DNA from: Candidatus Saccharimonadia bacterium
GTDB taxonomy: Bacteria; Patescibacteriota; Saccharimonadia; Saccharimonadales; 2-12-FULL-41-12
Length of the DNA stretch: 64,000 bases
Reading direction: 5' to 3'
Assembly (NCBI GenBank): GCA_963717365.1
Contig: OY970327.1
Location: 651,599-715,598 of the forward strand
The notes under the pieces are model-generated. The model was not told where the DNA came from. It ran no database searches and saw only the letters and a program-made list of their open reading frames with translations. This document shows positions 1 to 8,900 of the stretch, piece after piece (the first letter of the stretch is position 1; every line of letters starts with the position of its first letter). The position numbers and the translations under genes are program-made.

Positions 1-397
1 ATACAGGCAGGAAGCCACGAATGCCTTCCATTTCTACCAACATACCGCCACGGTTGGCGTCATACGGAGTAATTTCAATTGCTTCGCCAGCTTCAAAGAT
101 GCGCTGTAATTCGTCCCAGCCCCTGTCTTTAGCGGCTCGTTTAACGCTGAGAAGCGCAAAACCTTCTTCGAGTTCTGGGTCTACCACGCTGGTAGTTACT
201 TTGGCGCCTTCTTCTATCACCTGGCCGTGCCCAATTTCGCGGCGCATAACGACGCCGACGCCATGCGCGCCTAGGTCAATCCATACTTCGTGCTTGCGCA
301 CCGATGTAACGGTTCCTTCGACGACATCGCCGGCTTTTAGTTGTTCAATGGTACTGCCTGCAAGCAGTTCGTCCATCGTAATAGTTGATTTTGACAT
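1..397 (-). CDS. rpsA: Ribosomal protein S1-like protein (S1 RNA-binding domains). Only the N-terminal 132 codons are present; the gene runs off the window start.
   Basis: My own minus-strand translation from the ATG at complement 395-397 reads MSKSTITMDELLAGSTIEQLKAGDVVEGTVTSVRKHEVWIDLGAHGVGVVMRREIGHGQVIEEGAKVTTSVVDPELEEGFALLSVKRAAKDRGWDELQRIFEAGEAIEITPYDANRGGMLVEMEGIRGFLPV. It shows S1-fold motifs (GDVVEGTV..V....VWIDLG and GGMLVEMEGIRGFLP). A GGAGG Shine-Dalgarno (complement of 408-412) sits 10 nt upstream. The + ORF 21..458 in the track is its antisense shadow. Confidence 0.65.
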   Translation of the reverse strand, partial: MSKSTITMDELLAGSTIEQLKAGDVVEGTVTSVRKHEVWIDLGAHGVGVVMRREIGHGQVIEEGAKVTTSVVDPELEEGFALLSVKRAAKDRGWDELQRIFEAGEAIEITPYDANRGGMLVEMEGIRGFLPV

Positions 398-545
398 GAT
401 ACACATGCCTCCTTATATGCTGCGGCAACCCGTGGATTGTTTCCCCGTTCAGACTTAAGTCATTATTATAGCTGTTTCACCCCTATTAGTCAAAACCCTA
501 TTACAGACAAGACAAAGCGTTGCATTCTATAGTACGATACTAGCA

Positions 546-1367
546 ATGTATTTAGCAGTCGACATTGGCGGTACCAAGACATTGATGGCAGTATTTTCCG
601 CCAAAGGAAAATTACTGGAGTCAGTTCGGTTCGAAACGCCAAAAGACTACCCGGACTTCTTGAACGAACTCAAAAATACCTTTGAAAAACTTGAGCATAA
701 AGCTGATATAACCGTCTGTGTAGCTGGGGCGCCCGGGCGAATTGACCGGCGAACTAACCAGTCTGTTATTGCGTTCGGCAACCTTCCTTGGGAAAACGTG
801 GCGATTGGCGAAGCGCTTGAGGAAATTTGCGGTGTGCCGGCAGTACTTGAAAACGATGCGAATTTGGCTGGACTGTCTGAAGCAATACTGATCAGTCATG
901 CGTATAAAAAAGCTCTTTATATAACTATTAGTACTGGTATTGGTGGAGTAGTGATCATAAACGGTATAATTGATCCGGAATATGCCGATATGGAATTTGG
1001 CCATATGATCTTTGAACACGATGGCAAGCTGCAGAAGTGGCAAGACTTTGCTTCTGGCAAAGCTATTTTTAATAAGTACGGCATGCGAGCCAGTGATATC
1101 GATGATCCGCAGACCTGGTACGCCATCAGCCGCAATATCGCGCTGGGTCTGACCAACGTAATTACTACTGTAACGCCGGACGTAGTCATCGTTGGTGGCG
1201 GCGTAGGCAGTCATTTTGAAAAATTTTCCGACCGGTTGCATGAGGAGTTAATGCTTTTTGGCTCAAATTTAGTGTCGGTACCTCCCTTACGGGAAGCACT
1301 GAGAGCCGAAGAAGCCGTCATATATGGATGCTATGAATTCGCCCGCCAAATCAAAAACCAGCAGTAG
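546..1367 (+). CDS. ROK-family sugar kinase (glucokinase-like)
   Basis: 273-aa ORF. It has the N-terminal ATPase motif LAVDIGGTK, the ROK signature-like ENDANLAGLSEA, ISTGIGGG-like TISTGIGGVV and a C-terminal VIVGGGV. The usual CxCGxxGC zinc motif is absent (EFGHMIFEHDG instead), so this is a divergent member. Confidence 0.75.
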   Translation: MYLAVDIGGTKTLMAVFSAKGKLLESVRFETPKDYPDFLNELKNTFEKLEHKADITVCVAGAPGRIDRRTNQSVIAFGNLPWENVAIGEALEEICGVPAVLENDANLAGLSEAILISHAYKKALYITISTGIGGVVIINGIIDPEYADMEFGHMIFEHDGKLQKWQDFASGKAIFNKYGMRASDIDDPQTWYAISRNIALGLTNVITTVTPDVVIVGGGVGSHFEKFSDRLHEELMLFGSNLVSVPPLREALRAEEAVIYGCYEFARQIKNQQ

Positions 1368-1815
1368 TTTTAGCACATTATTGGCCGCTGTTAAGCGCGA
1401 CTTCCCTGCTATGCGCTTTGAGACTTCGGATACCTTTTCCTGGTCTGCCGAAGATAAGATAATTTACTACGACCCCGCGGCTGAAAATCCGGCTTGGTCT
1501 CTGTTACATGAACTGGGCCACATGAAGTATGGCCATAACACATACAATACTGACGCACGGTTAATTCGCATGGAAGTTGAAGCCTGGCAAAGTGCTAAGG
1601 AGTTAGCTGAACACTACGGACAGGCAATTAGCGATGAACATATTGAAGATTGTATGGATAGTTACCGAAACTGGCAGTATTTACGCAGTAAATGCCCGGT
1701 TTGCGCGCAGTCTGGGGTTGAAAAACAAAGCGGCCACTACCACTGCATTAACTGCCGGCATAACTGGACTGTTACGGCTAATCGTTTTTGCCGGGTGTAC
1801 CGTTTAACTAACTAA
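1324..1815 (+). CDS. HExxH zinc-metallopeptidase-like protein (ImmA/IrrE M78-like motif) with a C-terminal zinc ribbon
   Basis: 163-aa ORF containing WSLLHELGHMKYGH (an HExxH in ImmA/IrrE-like context) and C-terminal CPVC...18 aa...CINC. It overlaps the ROK gene by 44 nt, so the true start may be the ATG at 1333 or a later one. Confidence 0.5.
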   Translation: MDAMNSPAKSKTSSSFSTLLAAVKRDFPAMRFETSDTFSWSAEDKIIYYDPAAENPAWSLLHELGHMKYGHNTYNTDARLIRMEVEAWQSAKELAEHYGQAISDEHIEDCMDSYRNWQYLRSKCPVCAQSGVEKQSGHYHCINCRHNWTVTANRFCRVYRLTN

Positions 1816-1938
1816 ATTTTTAATCGGGATACCTACCTTCGGCTACTATAGTTGGACTTCATTAAACTTTCATTAACTCGAGCAATAGTATGTATGGTGC
1901 AGGTCAAGAGGTTAAAACTATCTTCAAAATAATTAAAA

Positions 1939-1971
1939 AGTCCCGCAGCGATAACTCGGCGCGGGACTTTT
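1939..1971. terminator. Bidirectional rho-independent terminator between convergent genes
   Basis: AGTCCCGC (1939-1946) pairs with GCGGGACT (1961-1968). The stem is flanked by AAAAA on the left and TTTT on the right, so it reads as hairpin plus U-tract on both strands. It lies between the + gene ending at 1815 and the - gene ending at 1986. Confidence 0.7.
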
Positions 1972-1985
1972 ACATTTTGTTAAGA

Positions 1986-2183
1986 CTATGCAGTCTTTTT
2001 GGTGCGGCGGCTGATGCGGCCACCTTTGGCGCCAGCAGCGCGGGCTAATTCGCGGTTAGCGAAGAAACCGCCGGTGCGGCCTTTTTTACCGCCTGCGGCA
2101 CCGATTTTTGCGTAAAAATCAGAACCGTATTTGGCTTTGTTAGTTTGAGCAGCAGCTTTGCCGCCATCTTTTGTTCCTGCCAT
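1986..2183 (-). CDS. Small KGG-repeat general stress protein (YciG-like)
   Basis: 65 aa, very basic and Gly-rich, with repeated GGKKG / GAKGG motifs (MAGTKDGGKAAAQTNKAKYGSDFYAKIGAAGGKKGRTGGFFANRELARAAGAKGGRISRRTKK). This is typical of the stress-induced KGG repeat family. GGGAG lies upstream. Confidence 0.6.
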   Translation of the reverse strand: MAGTKDGGKAAAQTNKAKYGSDFYAKIGAAGGKKGRTGGFFANRELARAAGAKGGRISRRTKKTA

Positions 2184-2223
2184 AATGTGAGGACTCCCGT
2201 TAGTACTTATTTACTCCGCCGAA

Positions 2224-2262
2224 TAATAAAAGAGGGCCGCCGTTTTACCGGTGAACCCTCTC
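2224..2262 (-). terminator. Rho-independent terminator of the G1 / small-partner transcription unit
   Basis: On the minus strand AGAGGG (2261-2256) pairs with CCCTCT (2236-2231), with an inner CCGG/CCGG-type sub-stem, followed by TTTATTATT. It sits about 60 nt after the stop at 2319. Confidence 0.5.
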
Positions 2263-2318
2263 TTGCTTATTCAAGACTAGGCAAATATTAACATACTAGT
2301 GCTAATGAGTCAACAATA

Positions 2319-2861
2319 TTATGGTGTCGTGGTAAAACCGGAACCTTCCAGGGAGTCAGGCTGCGGAGCGGTGCTGGCAGGAGCCGATTGGGCAGGCGCT
2401 TTTGGATCGCCAAGGTTAATTGGTGCTACTTCTATGATTTTTTTGGTGTCAGGCCGGTATAAGACGGCTTTCTTGGCTTTGGCATACATTACAACCCGGT
2501 CGCCATTCTGGGCTTTGGCAAAGAAGGCTTGGTTGCTGAGTTTGGTTGAGTCAACGACCGTGGCTATAGTAGGGTCTTCATCGGTTGGCAATTCAATTAA
2601 GCGGGAAACTTCCTGTTTAATCTTTTCTGTCTCGGCCTTGGCGGATTCCTGCGGGTTAGACAGGCGCTTCACTTCTTTACGCTGCTCATCATACGCCCGG
2701 TATCCAAAAGCACCTCCGGCGGCAATGAGCAGTACCAGCACTATAATAGCGAGGTAACTTTTTTTAATTTTTACGAAACGGGTTTTGCGATGTTTGTGCG
2801 TTTCTGCGGCAACCGATGCGGTTTCTGCATTCGACGCATTTTTTTTACTTACTTTGGCCAC
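2319..2861 (-). CDS. Single-pass membrane protein, partner of giant gene G1 (paralog of 11157..11843)
   Basis: 180 aa with a GTG start preceded by AGGA. It has a basic N-terminus, a TM helix (YLAIIVLVLLIAAGGAFGY), and a C-terminal domain TIATVVDSTKLSNQAFFAKAQNGDRVVMYAKAKKAVLYRPDTKKIIEVAPINLG. That domain aligns with SLVAVTDPAKLAEKSPVLFKNAQKDDVVLFYLNPDKTGKAVLYRPLTKKLIAIVDGVNLN of the 228-aa protein. Confidence 0.6.
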   Translation of the reverse strand: MAKVSKKNASNAETASVAAETHKHRKTRFVKIKKSYLAIIVLVLLIAAGGAFGYRAYDEQRKEVKRLSNPQESAKAETEKIKQEVSRLIELPTDEDPTIATVVDSTKLSNQAFFAKAQNGDRVVMYAKAKKAVLYRPDTKKIIEVAPINLGDPKAPAQSAPASTAPQPDSLEGSGFTTTP

Positions 2862-2951
2862 GACTATTATTCCTTTTTAGCTCTTGTTTTTACACTTATG
2901 CTTAACAGCATATATAAGAGTACGCTAAATATCAAGGAGATTCAGGGGTAG

Positions 2952-5900
2952 TTAATGGCTGGCTACCGGAGCCGGTGGGGGCGGATCGGCTGATAAGGCT
3001 ATCCAGGAGAGAGCCATGTCCTCAAGTGCTGGGCTGGCTAGAATAATTTCAAACTCTTCTTCGGTGACATTTTTATAGCTATACTGCGCGAATTTACCAT
3101 CGCCGAGGGTTAGTGAAATAACCGGCTTAGTTGTCTTTGGCTTGCTGAATTTCACCTTAACGCTCGTTTCGCCGGCTTTTACTACAGCAGTACCGGCGGT
3201 ATCGCTGTTCAGCGTAATTTGCCCCTTAACCGCCACATTGCCGTCAAACTGGGCGTCTTTTTCAAACCGCACCATTTCTTTAAATGTAGCCGGTCCCTTA
3301 ACTTCCAGGGCACCCTGGACGATAAGGTTAAGGTTCACCGTCAGGCCCTGGACGTTGGCGTAGCCCAGCACATTGATCTGGCCGTCAAACTGGACGTCTT
3401 TCTGGAAACGGGCCATTTCTTTAAACGTTGCCGGGCCATTAATTTCAACAGCACCTTGGACGATCAGATCAAGGTTTACGGTTAGTTTTTGAACATTAGT
3501 TTCACCGTTAATAATAGCGTTACCGTTGGCCGTTAAGTTGCCGATGGACAGATTCTCGAGGTCAATTTGCTGGGTATTACCTTGGCTGGCTGGCTGTTGT
3601 TCCAGATTGTTTACCCGTGCTTCCAACGACTCAAAGCGGCCATTGTATTCAAGGCCTTCTATGCGATCCGCCCGGATTGTGCCGGCTGTAATGTCGCCGT
3701 TAACCGTTAATGTGTTTGCGGAAACTGCATTCAGGCTGGCATTGCCTTGAGAATTTAAATGCTTAGCAATCTCACCGACAGCCTTCAAATTATAGAAGCT
3801 GAGTCCTTGGAAGTTAACTTCTTTATAGCCGTCCTCCCGCTGCTTCACTAATTCAGGGAAAATTTGTTCAAGTTCCTGGGCTATGACACCGTACTGAAGT
3901 CCGTGGTCAAGGTTAAGTTCGGGCATCTCTTCAACTTTAAAGTTGAAACTGACAACGTTTACACTGTTTAACTTATCAAGGACAGAGCCTACCGAGGTAA
4001 CGTCTTTCTTAACCCGAGCGTCTGAAATACCGGTGGCATCGTTGCGACAGGTACCGGCCGTTGTGATACCACCGCTAATTCTTACGCCGTTACCGATATA
4101 CTGGCCGGCGGTACATGCGGCGACAGTTACGCCGCTTAATCCAGCCTGCTGGTATACACCGCTGGCAACATTAAGGTTGGCTATGCCGGCTCCGAGGTTG
4201 TCTAAGGTCAATGTGGTGGTGGCAGCATTGTTCAGATCAATAGTTGTAGTTCCTGCGGCGTTACGCTGGAGAGTAGAGTCGGTATCGGATATAACAATCT
4301 TATTGCTTGCGCTATCGAGGGTAAGGTCTCCACTGCCGCCGCTAGCTAGCGTGAGACCAGTTGTACCAGTAATATTTGCCCCTACACCAGTAATAGATCC
4401 TGTTTCTGTAATATTGCCGCTGTTATTGTCGATACCCCCTGTAATATTTGCACCTCCGGCTAAAATGGTTAACCCAGATCCTATAATTGCTGTGCCGGAG
4501 GAGGAGGCGCAGCCTGAATCCGAAGTCTCTATACACAAACCTCCGCCCGTTATGTGAAGTCTTGAATCAGGGGCGCTTGTGCCAATGCCAACGCTGCCGT
4601 TAGCCAAAGCCGTAATTATGTCAGTGCCTGATCCGGTGCCGGTAGAAATATTTCCCCGTGTATCGGTAGAGATACTAAATGACCCGGCATTATCGAAGAA
4701 GAAGCCGGATTTTGCCAGTCCTGATTTAAGGGAAGCGATAACGCCGTCAGTACGGTCGATCATAATTGCCGCTCCGGTAGCAGTTTGCTGGACCAGAAGG
4801 TTGCCGTTAATAGCTACGCTTTCGCCGAATTGTACGGCCGTACCATCCAGGTCTGTGATTGCGCCAGCAGTGGTAATTTGGAGACCGGTAGTGCTTGAGC
4901 CCAATAATACCTGGTCATTAAGTACCAGACTGCCATCAATATCGAGCAGCGAACCATCGATAGCTACCTGAAGACCGGTAGCCGCCGAGCCTATATCTGT
5001 TATGTCGTTAAGCACGAGGTTGCCGGTTGGATCAAAAATGGCTCCATCGATGCTAAATGCGCCAGTTATAGTTAAGCCGCCAGTTCCCTGGATAAGGCCG
5101 CTTCCAGCCGTCACTCCGTTGCTGGATACAAGTCCGCTGGCATTTACCTGGAACTGGCTGGTTGAACCTACTGAGAAGAGACCGTCCGGTGTAAGGTCAC
5201 CGCCGACTCCCACATTGCCGCCTAGAGGGTTAAGAACCAAGTCGCGGCCGCCGCCCGATCCAAAGATATCATAAGCACCAATTTCAAAACGGCTGACCGT
5301 ATCACTGGTGCTGACCGAACGGAAATATCCATAGGCATTAAGTGTAGCATCCGTACCCATAAGGTTATATCCGGTGGTATATGTTCCAAATGTGCCATTG
5401 ATAGTACTGTTTCCAGTGATAGAGGCGCTTCCCGACGTGACCACCAGCCCTGTGCCAAACGTTCCTTGACCCTCCACATTCAAGTTTGCCAGCCCTGCCC
5501 CGCTGTTATTTATAGTGAACGCGGTGTCGCTGGCATTAGCCATGTTAAACGTAAGGCCGCTGGTTGTGGCGATGGTGCTTGCACCAAGGTTAACCAATCC
5601 AGAGCCGCTTGAGATTGTTAAGTTATTGGCACCGGTTGTAGATAAGGTTAAGGCACCGGCGTTAGTAACCAGCGGCGTGGTAACGCTGGTATCAAAGACC
5701 GGTGCTTCAGAGATGGTAATGCTGCCGCAGCTGCCGCCGCTGCCAAGGGTAATGACCGTGCCGCCGCCGGTGAGGTCGCCGGAGCCGGCGGCGCAGGTAA
5801 GCTGGGTATTGCCCTGGACTGCCGTGTTGGCGGCTGCGCCGTAGGTAACGCTCAGGCCAGGAGTACTGCCCTCGCCGGAGTTGGTACCGGTAATGGAAAG

Positions 5901-8900
5901 GCCAACCATTGTTCCCAGGTTCTGGACGTAGTCGCCGACCGTTTCGGCGCCCAGGTCAACGGCGTTGTTCTGGACGTCGTTGACGCTTAGTCCGGCCGTG
6001 AACGAGCCGGAGACGTCGCCGGCGGCCGGGCTTTCGCCGACGTTGACGTAGGCGGCGTCGAGTCCGCCGGCGGCGCCGAAGTTAGCCGTTGTCAGCACCG
6101 TTCCGCTAGCACCGTCGAAGGTGTAGGTGGCGGCTGCGCCGCTCGGAGTATTCATGACTATGGTAGCGTCGTTGGTGCCCTTTTCGAAGAACAGCTGGCC
6201 GTTCTCCAGGATACGCAGCTTTTCGCTGCCGGCCGTCGAGAAGACGATGTCGTCGGCGCCGGCCGAGGCGGCGGCTTGCAGATCCAATAGCCCGCCGGCG
6301 TTCTTAAACAGCGGGCTGGTAACGCTGGTATCAAAGACCGGTGCTTCAGAGATGGTAATGCTGCCGCAGCTGCCGCCGCTGCCAAGGGTAATGACCGTGC
6401 CGCCGCCGGTGAGGTCGCCGGAGCCGGCGGCGCAGGTAAGCTGGGTATTGCCCTGGACTGCCGTGTTGGCGGCTGCGCCGTAGGTAACGCTCAGGCCAGG
6501 AGTACTGCCCTCGCCGGAGTTGGTACCGGTAATGGAAAGGCCAACCATTGTTCCCAGGTTCTGGACGTAGTCGCCGACCGTTTCGGCGCCCAGGTCAACG
6601 GCGTTGTTCTGGACGTCGTTGACGCTTAGTCCGGCCGTGAACGAGCCGGAGACGTCGCCGGCGGCCGGGCTTTCGCCGACGTTGACGTAGGCGGCGTCGA
6701 GTCCGCCGGCGGCGCCGAAGTTAGCCGTTGTCAGCACCGTTCCGCTAGCACCGTCGAAGGTGTAGGTGGCGGCTGCGCCGCTCGGAGTATTCATGACTAT
6801 GGTAGCGTCGTTGGTGCCCTTTTCGAAGAACAGCTGGCCGTTCTCCAGGATACGCAGCTTTTCGCTGCCGGCCGTCGAGAAGACGATGTCGTCGGCGCCG
6901 GCCGAGGCGGCGGCTTGCAGATCCAATAGCCCGCCGGCGTTCTTAAACAGCGGGCTGGTAACGCTGGTATCAAAGACCGGTGCTTCAGAGATGGTAATGC
7001 TGCCGCAGCTGCCGCCGCTGCCAAGGGTAATGACCGTGCCGCCGCCGGTGAGGTCGCCGGAGCCGGCGGCGCAGGTAAGCTGGGTATTGCCCTGGACTGC
7101 CGTGTTGGCGGCTGCGCCGTAGGTAACGCTCAGGCCAGGAGTACTGCCCTCGCCGGAGTTGGTACCGGTAATGGAAAGGCCAACCATTGTTCCCAGGTTC
7201 TGGACGTAGTCGCCGACCGTTTCGGCGCCCAGGTCAACGGCGTTGTTCTGGACGTCGTTGACGCTTAGTCCGGCCGTGAACGAGCCGGAGACGTCGCCGG
7301 CGGCCGGGCTTTCGCCGACGTTGACGTAGGCGGCGTCGAGTCCGCCGGCGGCGCCGAAGTTAGCCGTTGTCAGCACCGTTCCGCTAGCACCGTCGAAGGT
7401 GTAGGTGGCGGCTGCGCCGCTCGGAGTATTCATGACTATGGTAGCGTCGTTGGTGCCCTTTTCGAAGAACAGCTGGCCGTTCTCCAGGATACGCAGCTTT
7501 TCGCTGCCGGCCGTCGAGAAGACGATGTCGTCGGCGCCGGCCGAGGCGGCGGCTTGCAGATCCAATAGCCCGCCGGCGTTCTTAAACAGCGGGCTGGTAA
7601 CGCTGGTATCAAAGACCGGTGCTTCAGAGATGGTAATGCTGCCGCAGCTGCCGCCGCTGCCAAGGGTAATGACCGTGCCGCCGCCGGTGAGGTCGCCGGA
7701 GCCGGCGGCGCAGGTAAGCTGGGTATTGCCCTGGACTGCCGTGTTGGCGGCTGCGCCGTAGGTAACGCTCAGGCCAGGAGTACTGCCCTCGCCGGAGTTG
7801 GTACCGGTAATGGAAAGGCCAACCATTGTTCCCAGGTTCTGGACGTAGTCGCCGACCGTTTCGGCGCCCAGGTCAACGGCGTTGTTCTGGACGTCGTTGA
7901 CGCTTAGTCCGGCCGTGAACGAGCCGGAGACGTCGCCGGCGGCCGGGCTTTCGCCGACGTTGACGTAGGCGGCGTCGAGTCCGCCGGCGGCGCCGAAGTT
8001 AGCCGTTGTCAGCACCGTTCCGCTAGCACCGTCGAAGGTGTAGGTGGCGGCTGCGCCGCTCGGAGTATTCATGACTATGGTAGCGTCGTTGGTGCCCTTT
8101 TCGAAGAACAGCTGGCCGTTCTCCAGGATACGCAGCTTTTCGCTGCCGGCCGTCGAGAAGACGATGTCGTCGGCGCCGGCCGAGGCGGCGGCTTGCAGCG
8201 CCAATAGCCCGCCGGCGTTCTTAAACAGCGGGCTGGTAACGCTGGTATCAAAGACCGGTGCTTCAGAGATGGTAATGCTGCCGCAGCTGCCGCCGCTGCC
8301 AAGGGTAATGACCGTGCCGCCGCCGGTGAGGTCGCCGGAGCCGGCGGCGCAGGTAAGCTGGGTATTGCCCTGGACTGCCGTGTTGGCGGCCGAGCCGTAG
8401 GTAACGCTAAGTCCCGGAGTACTGCCCTCGCCGGAGTTGGTACCGGTAATGGAAAGGCCAACCATTGTTCCCAGGTTCTGGACGTAGTCGCCGACCGTTT
8501 CGGCGCCCAGGTCAACGGCGTTGTTCTGGACGTCGTTGACGCTTAGTCCGGCCGTGAACGAGCCGGAGACGTCGCCGGCGGCCGGGCTTTCGCCGACGTT
8601 GACGTAGGCGGCGTCGAGTCCGCCGGCGGCGCCGAAGTTAGCCGTTGTCAGCACCGTTCCGCTAGCACCGTCGAAGGTGTAGGTGGCGGCTGCGCCGCTC
8701 GGAGTATTCATGACTATGGTAGCGTCGTTGGTGCCCTTTTCGAAGAACAGCTGGCCGTTCTCCAGGATACGCAGCTTTTCGCTGCCGGCCGTCGAGAAGA
8801 CGATGTCGTCGGCGCCGGCCGAGGCGGCGGCTTGCAGCGCCAATAGCCCGCCGGCGTTCTTAAACAGCGGGCTGGTAACGCTGGTATCAAAGACCGGTGC

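Noticed and set aside
21-458. + strand ORF of 145 aa at the left edge
   Set aside because: It is antisense to a clearly recognisable S1-domain protein with a GGAGG ribosome-binding site. Its own product is low-complexity Ser/Pro-rich.
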